Below the pieces are notes generated by a model. The model made no database searches and had not been told where the DNA came from. It was given only the letters and a program-made list of their open reading frames with translations. Positions 12,721 to 26,799 of a DNA stretch of 64,000 nt are shown here, piece by piece. Both the position numbers and the translations under genes were made by a program. The stretch spans positions 32,485,145-32,549,144 of the forward strand of contig NC_068985.1 of the NCBI RefSeq assembly GCF_001194135.2. Reading direction: 5' to 3'. The stretch's first letter is position 1. The number at the start of each line of letters is the position of its first letter. The DNA comes from Octopus bimaculoides. Lineage: Eukaryota.

Positions 12721-14572
12721 AATTGTACATATGCACACTCACACATATATTTTTCTCTAGTTCTGTTGTATTTATTGACATACACACTATGAATGAATTA
12801 AATGTATATATAAACAAAATGTAGCTGAATAAAAGAATAAAAAGATGAAATTGAAAACCTTGACACCATAAATTCACTTAATTACTCTTATAATAATCAT
12901 GATATCTGTCAGATTTAATACAAAACAGTAAAGTCAGAAACACTCCCACGTATATAATGAAACCAGCACTAACTTCCCTTTTCCTGCAAACATTTAGGTT
13001 GACTGTGTTTTTCAACTGACTTAAATCGATTCACCAATATCAATATATTTTCTTTAGAGATGTTGTGACTCCTGATAGGTGGTTTAAATATGAAATTTTT
13101 GTAAGAGAGGACTGGGATAGAGGTAGAAATCTCTCAGCAAAGATTAGCTGATGTATGTTTTACAGAGATGGAGTAAAGTGAATGTCACCAATGTGACTTG
13201 CTCATCATTGGAAAGGAACATGCATCTTTTTATCCAAAGTCAAAAACAGTGTTTTATTATCAATGTAGCAAAAGTGATAGGCTTATAATAGTTTGTGAAC
13301 AATAGGCTAATTACTTTGATAACTGCTTATCTTCAGCAAACCTCATTAACTAACAAGAACATTGATCTTCCTTTTGTTTAACCATCATGATTCAGGCCTT
13401 GTTGGTGCATGCTCTTACTGAGAATAACTATAAAGAAGGTTATGACATTAATATGGCAAGGAATTTTAACAGCAATGTAGGGAAATGCTAAAAAGGGAAT
13501 ATTGGAGAACCTGGAACTACAGTTTGATAAATATACAGAATACTAGACTTTTGTGAACAACTGCAGAAAACCTGGTCTCGAATGAGTTTGATGGAATTGT
13601 GAACTTCATCAATTATATCCTAATCTTGAAGAGGGGAAACGAAAGGTCTTAAATTTGAGGCAAATTCATGGTTTATTGTCACTAAGTTCAAAGTGAAAGC
13701 CAGAATGGAATTAAGAACTGCTAGTGCCAAGAGAAGGAAGTCAGTGAGACAACTTCCATTTAGCTCTTAATGTTCATTTAGACAGCAAGATATTGAGAAC
13801 TTTCACAATGTAGAGAAGAGATTTTTTTTTTTTTTTTTTTTTTGTGGGGGTGGAGTTAACTTACCTACCAATTTACAGATAGCAAATATTCAACAGGGTA
13901 GCAACCAGTGTAATAGAGGAATAGTATTTAAAAAATACAGGCGAGGCATAAATGGAAGATGGATAAACAAAAAATAATGCAGAAACTAGGCAACAACACT
14001 ATTACTATTCAAGAAAGAAGTAGAAATCATAGGGTTGTGAAGGCAATTACGTAAAAAGTAACAAGGATATTATTGGAATCAAGTGTTTAAAAAGATTTTT
14101 GGAGCAAAAGAGATTGAAAAAGTTATGAAAGGCTGAGGAAGATGTTGCATTCACATATTACCATTGAAGGAAACTATACATGGTTACTCAACTTTATGAA
14201 AATAAAATGAATCTTTCTTAAATCACACCTTTCCATCTTTACAAAAAAACAGGACACATTGTACGTGTGCACACAAACACACACACAAAGTATACAGTAT
14301 TATAGGTCCATTTCAGCTGATCTTACCAAAAATATATGGTGATGGAGACACTTCATTACCATTATCAATCTCTTGCAGCTCCAACTGTTCAGTTTCTCTT
14401 TCTCTCCCTTTTCCCTACTAGACATGAGTAGCCATCCAAACCCTCAACAGGAACCTGCACTCCCTCACCCCCTTTTCATAATTCAATTTCCTTGTCCACT
14501 AGCATGAAGCTGACCCTTCCTCTCCTCCCCAGAGGTTTGTAGTTCTGCAGGCTGCATGGTAACCTCATTGAT

Positions 14573-14720
14573 ACAGGTGGCATAAAAAAAAAAGCACCCA
14601 GTCCACACTGTAAAATGGTTGGTGTTAGGGAGAGCATCCAGTTGTAGAAACTATACCAAAGCAGACATTGAAGCATAATGCATTAGATCCTGTCAAACTG
14701 TCCAACCCATGCTAGCATGG
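14573..14720 (+). mobile_element. RTE-LINE 3' tail fragment
   Basis: AAAAGCACCCA..GGTTGGTGTTAGG..GCATCCAG..GTCAAACTGTCCAACCCATGCTAGCATGG matches the RTE tail at 17486-17680 (reverse strand). Confidence 0.8.
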
Positions 14721-14785
14721 TTAAGAGTGTGGGCTACTAATTCCAAGATTCTGAGTTCGAGTCCAGGCAGTGACCTGAATAATAA
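14716..14785 (+). mobile_element. tRNA-like cassette identical in type to the one in the Penelope terminal repeat
   Basis: TGGTTAAGAGTGTGGGCTACTAATTCCAAGATTCTGAGTTCGAGTCCAGGCAGTGACCTGAATAATAA aligns with 56329-56398. Confidence 0.8.
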
Positions 14786-17230
14786 TTTTCTCTCCAGCTC
14801 TTCTACTCATGGAATGTTAAATGACAAGGATTGGAAAATATGATCTAAGAGATGCTATTAAACATAAATGTGTGATTATGGTTAGAATCCTTTTGATCAT
14901 AGTGAGGGTTAAACAACCAATATAGAGTGTTATAGTTAACTTGCATGGAAATAGCAAGTAAAACGGTTGAAGGCAGGGAAAGTTACTGGTTTATCTAGAA
15001 ACTGAAATGTTAGAAGTTCTGGTAGAGAATATGTAAGTTCATCAAATTACTATCAGAGTTTTGTGTAAGATGGTACTGTACCCTAGTGGTTGGAGTTGAG
15101 TTATAAAATGAATATAGGCTTGGCTGAACTAAGAGAGTATACAACTTGGATTTGTGCCAAACTGTGAGACTAAACTTCTACAATTTTCACACAAGAAAAT
15201 TGTAGAAATATTTGGCAAAGAAAAAAAAAATTAGTACCCTTTTTTGCATGACTTAGAGGAAGCTTTCAATAGGATAACATTGTCTGAAGTGTGATTGATA
15301 TCAGGCATGAAAGAATGGTGTGCATAGACAGTGCAAGATGTGTGAAGGTACATTAAGTAGGGTTTGTATTGCCTGTTGACACAAAAAGGGTTGCAATGAA
15401 TGAAAAGATTAGTATACAGCATGGATATCTTTCTCTCCAGCTCTTCTACTCAAATCTCTCAAAGAAGTCTGTAAAACATCAAAAACTAACACTTGAAACA
15501 AAAGAAATAAAAGTTAACGGCAAATATTAAAATTTTTATTTGAAATGAAGACCAAAAATTTCAGGGAAGTGACCTTGCTCAGTGATCAGGAAAGATGTGA
15601 ATAGGAACTGAATGTACTATAGCCATTGTAGTAATTGGGTTCATAAGTAATAGAATAGGATATTGTGTTGACTGATAGGACATAGTAGCTTCATTTACCT
15701 AAGTGCTATAAGTAGTAAGTAAACTACTTCTGCTAATAGCTGTGAGATTAGTATAAGAGGTGAAGTTAGTTATTACAAAGTGCCTGAAGTTAGATGAGAC
15801 ATCTAACTTCAAGCACTTTGCTATAACTAGCCTCGCCTCTTGCACTAATCTCACAACTCTTAGAACTAGCTTACCATAAGTGAGTCTTGCCCTGAGCAAA
15901 GGGCAGATCATATATTGTACATGTGTAAAAATTGTTATTCTGGGTGTAGGTAGAAAATTTGGCAATGATAACCCATAAGAAAGACTGGGTGCAAGCAAGC
16001 AAGCAAATAAAATAATTGAACATCAGAGATATCAACAGATGTGTGCAGGAGAAGTTAATCACTAGTTTGTCAGAAATAATTCTAAATTTAGGCATGTGAC
16101 TGAATCGAAGATGCATGCCAAGTAAAACGGTGCTTGCTGTAAGTTGGTAGTGGAAGGTTTTCACAGAGCAGAACATACAACACAAAACATGTCAAAGGAA
16201 AGATCAAGACATATGGAGGGCTGCTGTTTACTCTTGTCTTAATATTCATTAAGCATCTAAAGTGTTACAGCTTAGAATAGTAAAGATATATAGATACATA
16301 GACAGACACCTGGGACTTTATGAACACAAATCAGATGGTATTTCTGCTATTATTTTGCATTATGCTTGATAGCTATTCTGTTAGGAAAGTTTTAGATTTG
16401 GTCAAATGGATATTTGGTAAAAAATATAAAGCTTTGTTTTTTAAGCTAATTAGTAGATGGTGTATAAAAAGTATTATAAGCATTCAAATTGTGAAGTACC
16501 ATGTTGATAGAGGAAGAGAACTTTGGTAAATTGCTTTAAGCCTCATGGCTTGATCTTTATTTCTTTTTATGGAAACTTAAAAACAAAAATTATTATTGGT
16601 CCTCAATATTTATTTTCTTCATTTGTGCAGAGTTAGGCTAATTTTTATTCAGAACATTTTGATTCCTTTCATAGCTAAATGAAAAATTCTTTTAGCTCTG
16701 AAAACAGAATTTGTTTTCATTCTATATAGGCTTCTTGTAGGTAAGCTGCTGAGAAGGAATGTTATTAAAAATAGATCCTAAAAATACACTACTTAAACTG
16801 GATATAGTTATCAACTACATTGTAAGAGCTTAACAGTTGTAAAGAAAGCAAATTCAATCTCAGCATATAAAAGTAACATTATTTTTGCTTGTATAACATC
16901 CTACAACTTTATTTAAAGAGTAATAATTTTATACAAAAGTTTTCAATTTCATTTGGATTTCAGCTAGTTTACAACTTTTATTTTTGCACCACTAATTATA
17001 CTTATTTCTGTATATAACATTTATGTATCCAGGAATATGCATAAGTAGATTATTTTCTACAAACTTAGTAGTTAGCCATCTATATTGTATAGTTTAAATG
17101 AGAATTCCATTGATATAATTTTGTATTTTCTAAATAAATTAAAAGTTTTTTTATATGATGGTTGTCATAGCACAACTTAGTTTACTACTTTTATAATGTA
17201 GAGAACATTAATAATTTGGTACATTTTTAA

Positions 17231-18700
<1,470 letters not shown>

Positions 18701-19939
18701 TGTGACGGAAGCTGTTTTCTGTACATTTTCAGTGTCTATTGTCCCTGAGCATTTTGCCAATGAAATTTTCTTTGATGTTTTCGGATGTTATAGAATTCTA
18801 CCTAGAATGAAATTGCTTCTAATTTGTTCCCCACCTTCATCCTGATGTGATTGGTAATCTGTAATCATGGAGCCTGAAGAAGAGAAAATTAAAATCTTAA
18901 TTTTGCTCAAAAATTTGTTATGTCGTGAAATCTAATAAACACTTGTGGACAGTTGGTTGTTAGTAAGCATACTGAAGAAGTTTATTATTGGGGTGGCAGC
19001 AAGTAGGTAGTGAAAATTAAGAATGATTAATTAAATGTCTTATGGTATTTATTTACATCCTGAATTCAAGTGCTTCTGGAATTGACGTCTCCTTTAATCT
19101 CCCTGGAGTCAATAAAGGAAGTATTTATTAACCATTTTAATTGACTGTTTCTTTTCAAAATGTGTGGCCCTGTGACATTGTTAGAAATCATCATCATCAT
19201 CATTATCATTATGTAATGTGAGAGAGGAGGAAATATAGCGACCATGGTTATCACAAGCCCCCCACCTACTCCAAATAAAGGAAGTTGATACAACTGAGGT
19301 TAAGGTTTATTCTGTGAGGTAAATAAATGTGAGCTGAGACACCTCCCAGAAGACTATAAACTTGAGCAAGAAGAATTTGGGAAAATATGAATTGAGGTAA
19401 AATATAGATAAGTAGTAAGGCAGATGCATCGGATGAGCTTGGGTTAATGTGGTCTGTAACTTACAAATTGAGAGAAACAAGCTATTATGAAATCAAAAGA
19501 CAAATGGGTCATGCCCATGAGTTATTGGCTGCAGTGTAATGGTGAATAAATCTTTGCTGAAGAGGAGGATATCTTTTGTGTGTTTCTGGTAGCAGAAGTG
19601 CTGCTACCAGTCTGTTGATTATTTTGTATAGACAAATTAATCACATTATGACTGGATGAAAATGTTTTCTTCAGGAAACCAGAATGTTAGAAACATTTTG
19701 AAATAAAGTTATTTACATTGGTACTATGGTAAGTTATTTGAGTGAAATATATTCTTCAGCTCTCTGATTTAAGATGTGTGCATATCTTGTCAGGTATTGT
19801 GAAGAGGCTGGAAATTTAAGTGGTAACATTTTCATTCAATAAGGTTTTTTATTTATTTGAAAATACTTAATTTTTTACTTATTAATTTGTTTCTGTGATT
19901 TGCCTGTAGCCATCTTGGAGAACCACTTACAATATTGTT

Positions 19940-20112
19940 AGTTAGCATTGATCCCAATATTTCATCAATTAGTACTTATTTTATTGGCCTATGAAGAGTA
20001 AAAAGTTAAGCTGACTTTAGGAAGGTTTGAACTCAGAACATAAAGGGACATAACAAAATACCATTGCAAAGTGTTTTGTCTGTTGCTCCACTGATTCTAC
20101 CATCCACCTTAC
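19940..20112 (-). mobile_element. SINE family B, decayed
   Basis: Reverse strand GGTAGAATCAGTGGAGCA..GTTCTGAGTTCAAA..AATAAAATAAGTAC resembles copies at 54454 and 56930. Confidence 0.6.
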
Positions 20113-20130
20113 AATATATTCAGTGAACTT

Positions 20131-20280
20131 TTTCAGTTTTCTGCCTATTCAATTTCACTTACAAGACTTTGGGTGATACAAGCTTACAGTGGAAGACACC
20201 TAAAGTGCCACTCAACAGGATTGAATCCAGAAGCAGGTGATTACAAAGTGAACTTCCTAACTACACAGCCATGTCTGTGC
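20131..20280 (-). mobile_element. SINE family A, decayed 5' part
   Basis: TTTCAGTTT..CACTTACAAGAC..GAAGACAC..AAGTGCCAC..GATTGAATCCAG..CTACACAGCCAT. Confidence 0.6.
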
Positions 20281-21446
20281 CCATTAATTTATATTTCAAA
20301 ATTCAATTTTGTCTTTTAAATTGGAGTATTAGGATAATCTCATGTAGAGCGATTAAATGTAATTCTGCTCAAAATAATAACTGAATACGAATGAGATGAT
20401 TGAAAATTTAATTCACCTTTCAATCTATAATATCAGTATCCAAGCTATCCATTTACAATAAAAAAGAGATCACCCTTTTGTGTACGCTGTTACTACTACC
20501 AAAAGATTATAATTTCTGATGAAATCACCTAAATTGCATTTACAAGGTATCATATTTGGTTTGGCAATATTTTAAGCTTCACATCTTTCAAAATAACGGT
20601 CCAAAATTTTTAATATATACTGCAGTCATGAATCATCATGTAATTAGTTAGTTAGTGTTATTCAGCCAACTCTAAGAAAGAAATTGAGGAAGTAATTTTT
20701 TGTTTACTTGTTTTTTTTTATAGTATTTTAGTGTTTCATTTGTTTCATTCACTAAAATATTTTGGTTAATACTAAAATAACTCCTACCATTTAAAATAAC
20801 CACACCTTTAGAGCACCAAGAAATAAGCAGTGTATAAAAAAAGAGAACAGCTTCTTTGTGTGGACTTATTTGAATGTTGGTTGCTGGTGAAATATGAGAA
20901 TCATTCATATAAAGCAGTAGCTTGGTAATACAGATATTTTTTTTTCTTAAAGTGCTATGTGTCAGCTTCCTTGGGAAAGTTGAGGGTGTTTTTATTGATG
21001 TATTTATTACTCAGTATCTATTTATGGATCTATATATATATACTTAATTCTCTATCCATTTAGAAGATTATATATGGTAAATGATAACAGAACCCTAAAC
21101 CTGAATTTAATTTTAAAACTATAGGCTCTTTTTCCACAAGTACTACTAAAAGCTACCTGTTAAAATGTAATAATAATTATATCTTAGGGAAGTAATTCAT
21201 AAAGATTTTCCATTTCTTTAAACCTATGTCTACTGTCAAAAAATTAACTCTTTCTCACAGAGCAGCATTTAATGTTCATAAACTGCTTTCTTCTAAATTG
21301 TTTCCTTTTGTAATTTAATAAGATATGCTGTTGGTATATAAATGGGTTGTCTTCTCCAAATAATCATTATTGAACTTGCTGCACAAATATTAAAACAGTC
21401 AGCAAGTCTCTGCCCAGTTTAGGATTGAAGTGAGGTCCTTTTTTAA

Positions 21447-21668
21447 CTATTTAGCATTTAAACCAGCCATATCTAATCCAAATATCCTGCCTGTTTTATT
21501 TTCAAAGTAGCTATGTCCAGCTTCTCATACCTATCCTACATTGTCATTGTTAAATTAAAAACAATCACATCATCAAAATCTCAAAGCTGTGAGATAATGC
21601 ATGATTAATTCAAAATAATGTGAATACATAAGCTTTACATTTGAAAGAATAATCAGAATGCTAAAAGG
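21447..21668. mobile_element. piggyBac-type MITE
   Basis: TTAA|CTATTTAGCATT ... AATGCTAAAAGG|TTAC; internal sequence is shared with 28734-28943. Confidence 0.75.
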
Positions 21669-21721
21669 TTACTCAATAAATAATTTGGTAATGGAAACAA
21701 TGACAATAAGGAATGTAGAGG

Positions 21722-22190
21722 CTAAATTTGGGAGTTAGGTGGCCAGATTTTAGGGATGATGTTGCAAAAATTGCCTGACAGCCATGACTGGGTTCTCCTG
21801 CTTGTGTGGCATGGTGCAGAGATCTGTTGCCAGACACACGGTCTTCCAGCAGCCATCCTCCTGACCCAGGACAGCAGTACCTCTTCCAGGTACTTGATGT
21901 AGGCTTCTATGTTGAGTCTCAGGCTGTGTGGGAAGATGAATGGAGGCATAACGTCGCCATCACTAGTGATCACTCCAAACACCATAATGTTGACTGGATG
22001 TTTGATTTTTATCACTCGCCGTACATGTTTTTGGGGACATGGCAAGCCAACAGTTGTTCAGTGTGTTAACCATCTGTTCATATTGGAGCTTCTGGTGCAA
22101 ATGCCAAGCTTGTACAGCATGTTGTTTCCAAATTTCTGGCAGGGTGAATTGTGTCATGGTGCTGTTTTTCTCACAGACAGTGCCCAACTG
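21722..22190 (-). mobile_element. Tc1/mariner-superfamily transposase fragment (catalytic region, inactive)
   Basis: KHPVNIMVFGVITSDG..PCVWQQISAPCHTS..WPPNS; the second catalytic Asp position reads Ile (QQI); frameshifted upstream. Confidence 0.85.
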
Positions 22191-22720
22191 ACCCTACTTT
22201 ACTGTGTAGTCAGCAAAAACAAAAACAAACTATACACATGCACGATATTAAAAATATAAAATGGCAACAATTTACCCATCACACTCTGCATATTTATGCT
22301 TTCTTGGAAAGCAACTCTGGTTAAGGATATATAATGCAAATTAATGGTAAAACAGACATTATATGCAATCACAATGGTAGGTTTTGTCTTCATTTCATGT
22401 TAAGGTATATTTTGCTTCAGTATTTGGCACTGATATTTGAACTAAATAGTCATACATCTCATTTTGGCTTGGCTCATAAAAGAAACAAATTTCGATATGA
22501 TATTGATCTAAAAGTACAAGTAATTTGATCTGAGTTTCTATAGTAGATGTAGGAGTTTCTTTCTCAAATTTAGGAAAGCAGTTTCAAATTTAAACACCTT
22601 AGTTTTGTAATCTATTTTAGTTAACATTTGTCATCTTTTTTTAAATATAGGTTTAATGATGTGTAATTTATCTAAAATACAGTTTTAAATCACATTTTGC
22701 TATTCAGAATATATATATAT

Positions 22721-23103
22721 TCTTTTATTTGTTGCAGTCATTTGACTGTGGCCTTGCTGGAGCACCACCTTTAGTTGAGCAAATTGACCTCAGGACATAT
22801 TCTTTGTATGCCTAGTACTTATTCTATTGGTCCTTTTTGCCGAATCGCTAAGTTACAGGGACATAAACACACCAACATCAGTTGTCAAGCGATGTTGTGG
22901 GGATAAACACAGAAACATATACACACACGCACACACACACACACACACGACAGGCTTCTTTCAGTTTCCATTTACCAAATTCACTCACAAGGCTGTGGTC
23001 AGCCCAAGGCTATAGTAGAAGACATTTGCCCAAGGTGCCACGCAGCAGGACTGAATCTGGAACCATGTGATTGGTAAGCAAGCTACTTACCACACAGTTA
23101 CTC
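22721..23103 (-). mobile_element. SINE family A, full length
   Basis: Complete head, CORE-like motif, (CA)n and tail; aligns with 12375-12720. Confidence 0.92.
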
Positions 23104-24344
23104 TTAACTAAGTTTATAGAATTGATATACAATTCTAGATTTTGAAAATCTTGCTAGAAATTTATGCAATCCTGATTTCTTCTATGGGCTTGCAGTGCTT
23201 GAGAAATGTGTAGAAATGAATTCTATTTCCTGGGTTACCTTAATATTCAAGGAATTTTAAAATAAATTAAATTTAGTCCAAGGTAGAATTGAAGAAAGTA
23301 ACTTATAGCTAAACATATTATTACAGTTTACTGAGATGTTGAATTTTTAATGTATACATCTTGAATAACAGTTGTAAAGTGTGTTACTAAATAAAGCTTC
23401 TAAAATAAAATGATATATCATGTTATCTATTTTTAGATTGCTTTGTAGTTGGTATTGCTTAATACTTAATAGTGCCAGTAAGCCAATAGGGACTGTAAAA
23501 TAGAAACTTTAGACTCCACTGTGAATGAATCCTTAATGTAGGAAAGACAATGTGAAACTGAATATGTATAAACAGAAAAGCGAAGTAGAGATAAGATATG
23601 CTCGTGTTGATATCCTTAGAATAGTGCAAAAGTTTAAAGTTAGATTGATTGGTTGTTGTGACAAACAAGTTATTTAGTTTAGCTAAGTTGTTGTGAACAA
23701 CAAGAAGAGGTTCTGTAGCAAACATAAATGTAGATATATATTACCAAGTGGTGTGTGGCACAGTAATAGGATAGAAGATGAGTGATAGATGAGATAGTAA
23801 TAAAGACAGTGGGAAGGCAGTTGATAGGGACTTAATATGAGCATAATGGGTAAGAGAGACCCAAATGTAGAAACTGTATATCGCAATTTTTATCACCACC
23901 ACTGCTGCCATCATTGTTTCTAAGACTATTTTTCCATGTTTACATGGATTCGGTGGGTCCTCTTCAACACAGCATACTGCCACTTGTTTTGGTCTTTTGT
24001 CATATTGTTCGTGACAGTCATCCTTTTGAGACTAATCATGACTGCTTGATCCCATGTCTTCCTTGGTCTCCTTTTTCTGCAGGTTCCAATTACTATGCAT
24101 ACTCAGCACTTCTTTAGTCAACTGTCATCTTCTGCATAATATACCCAGTTTTCTGTCTCAAACACTGCATCTATGTATTGTATGCCTGATCTCTCTTGAA
24201 CGCTATTTGAATTCTCTTATACATGCTACTCTTCCTGAGCATGCATGAAGATTTTTGCACTGGTAGGCCATGTCAGTTTCCAGCTGTTACACTAGAGTAC
24301 AGTGGTGTTGTGGATACTCACTAAATTTTTGTTTTCACTGAATG

Positions 24345-24828
24345 CATCCAGCAGAGATGTTGCATCAAGTTTTGCCAAAAGCTTGGTGATACTCAAGTTC
24401 AAACCATCCAGAGGATTCAACAGGCCTTTGGCAATGATGCCATGGGCAAAACTCAGACTGAGGAGTGGTACAACCACTTCAAACATGGCTGCACCTTAGT
24501 GGACAGCAAGACCTGCTCAGGCTGGCCATTCACAAGCCAAAATGAGGAGCTGATTGAGAAAGTTTGGTGAATAGTAATAGAAGAACCGTTGTGTAACAAT
24601 CCGTGAAATTGCTCATGAAGTGCGAATAAGCACAGGATCAGTGCATTTCATGATGACAGAGGATTTGTGCTTGTGGAGAGTGTTGGCAAAATTCATCCCC
24701 AAAGTGCTGGCAGGGCAGTAGAAGTGACTCTGCATGGAAATTGCTCAGGACATGCTGAACTATGCAAGCCATGATCCAGACTTGATGAAGACTGTCATCA
24801 CTAGTTATGAGACATGGGTTTATGGTTT
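24345..24828 (+). mobile_element. mariner transposase N-terminal fragment (pseudogenised)
   Basis: QQRCCIKFCQKLG..EWYNHFKHG..TIREIAHEV..KFIPKVL..VITSYETWVYG with stops and a frameshift. Confidence 0.88.
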
Positions 24829-25039
24829 CTGCTCAATGTGGCACCAGCATGGGTGCTTGTTATGTGCACAGGCACAAATGTTTTTTTTTTATGTGATACC
24901 AAAACTAGTGCTTTTTACTTGGCACCAGATCCCATGAGCTTGCAAGACAAGAACCTCTCAACTGAGAGTGGGAGTTGGGGGCATGGCCATAAAAGATATA
25001 TCTGTATGTATGGATGGCCATGATTTTTACTTACTTTTC

Positions 25040-25182
25040 TGTGTCTTCTCAAGCATAGCAAGTTGCAGAAGTCTCAGTCCCTTATCTCCTCTCTGAGCCC
25101 CAATGTCTGAAGATCCTTTCTCACCACTTTATCCCACATCTTCCTGGGTCACTCTCTTCCACAGGTTCCCTCTACAATTAGA
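25040..25182 (-). mobile_element. RTE fragment
   Basis: GTCTTCTCAAGCATAGCA..TCTTCCTGGGTC..CTCTTCCACAGGTTCCCTCTAC matches 18095-18235. Confidence 0.75.
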
Positions 25183-25184
25183 TA

Positions 25185-25248
<64 letters not shown>

Positions 25249-26054
25249 ATCAATACTTGATTGAGGCACATATTGACTACCTATCAGCCTATATGCTGTT
25301 CCACAACCAGCTAGAAATAGCAACCAAGTTCCCTCAAATAACATTCTGTCATCTGTAAAATAGAAAAGCACTTGGAACAGTTTGGTCCTATATATCTAAA
25401 AAGATAGGATGGTCAGAGCTGGAATACTTTGATCACAGGACTGCTCTATCAACTTTGGCTTGAGGTTAAACAACGACTATGTAAGACTAGAATAACATGT
25501 GCCTATCCTGCTTATGCAACTGTTGTCAGCATGTAATTTACTGTTTTTCATGTTTGATTTGAATGCAGTTTTACAAGTTTGGTTGATCAACCCTATTAGT
25601 AACTACTATCATTGAGCTAGTCATTTACCATGTCATTGGCTCTATATAGATGGTAACTGTACTTTTTGAAGTGTTGTCTTCTCTGTAGTATTAAGAGACA
25701 CATTTACATTGTTCGTCTGTTGAAAAAATTATTTTTCTCCTATATTGTATTCAAAGTACTTTTCCTCTTAGTTTGTTTTACTGCAGTACAAGAACAAGAG
25801 TACAAAAAGTTCATAAATTGAAAATGGAAGTCAAGGAGGAAGTGATAAAATGATAAATAACTGAGATTGTGTTGCTAGCCTATACAACCTATTCTTGATA
25901 ATAAACATTAAAACAACGGTAGTAACCATGATAATTGTCAGTTTAATAAAACTTAGTTTTTCTCTTAATATTGTCGGGTTGATAATGATCATGGAGGTAA
26001 TCAATATTTAGTTATGACTTTGCTATTTATATGGTAAAATAATATTTACCACCA

Positions 26055-26200
26055 GTGTGGATGAATGGTTGAGAGGTTTGTTTCACAATCATGAGGTCTC
26101 AAGTTCAATCCCATTCTGCAGCTTCATGAGCAAGTGTCTTTTCATGAGCTCAGGTTGTCCCAAACCTCGTGAGTGAAAATGGGTAGATGGAACTCTATAG
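26055..26200 (+). mobile_element. SINE family A-like, decayed head
   Basis: AATGGTTGAGAG..AAGTTCAATCCC..GAGCAAGTGTCTT..CCTCGTGAGTG..GGTAGATGGAAC. Confidence 0.55.
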
Positions 26201-26740
26201 AATCTCATGAAATAGATTGTACCTGTAAATTAAAAGGCCAGCCTTGTCACACAGTTGTGTTGATTCTCTGACAATTATGTTATGGGCACATGTCTTTATA
26301 GAAACTTTTGGTTAGTTACTGGCCAATTCAATGAGCAAGTAGTTCAGTTGATTGAACAACAGAATACTCATCATTGAGGCAGACAAATCTATTTACAAGT
26401 CCTAGGAGATTTTTAAGGGATAGTGCTAATTACTCAGCATTCCTTATAGTCTTTCTAATGTAAGCCATCTTTAATATAAAGCTATAAACCTAACACTAGC
26501 TTCATTTTTAGAAGCTAGTTGAGAGTTGGTAACATGAAACTCCACCTTAATATGTGGAGTTCATATATTGCTGTTCATTTTGACTTAAGTTTAATTTTGA
26601 CACATTTCATCATCCTAAACATAGAAAGGATAAAGATACTTTCAATCAGATATTCAAATATTGATTTCTAAAATATCTAGTTTGGTATCAAGCTACCATC
26701 ATTTTTATTAATAGCTTTTATATATATATATATATATAAT

Positions 26741-26799
26741 CGTCCAACCCATACCAGCATGGAAAATGGATGTTAAATGATGATGATGATGATGATGAT
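26741..26799 (+). mobile_element. Extremely 5'-truncated RTE tail inserted in (TA)n
   Basis: CGTCCAACCCATACCAGCATGGAAAATGGATGTTAAA(TGA)n with (TA)n on both sides. Confidence 0.85.
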
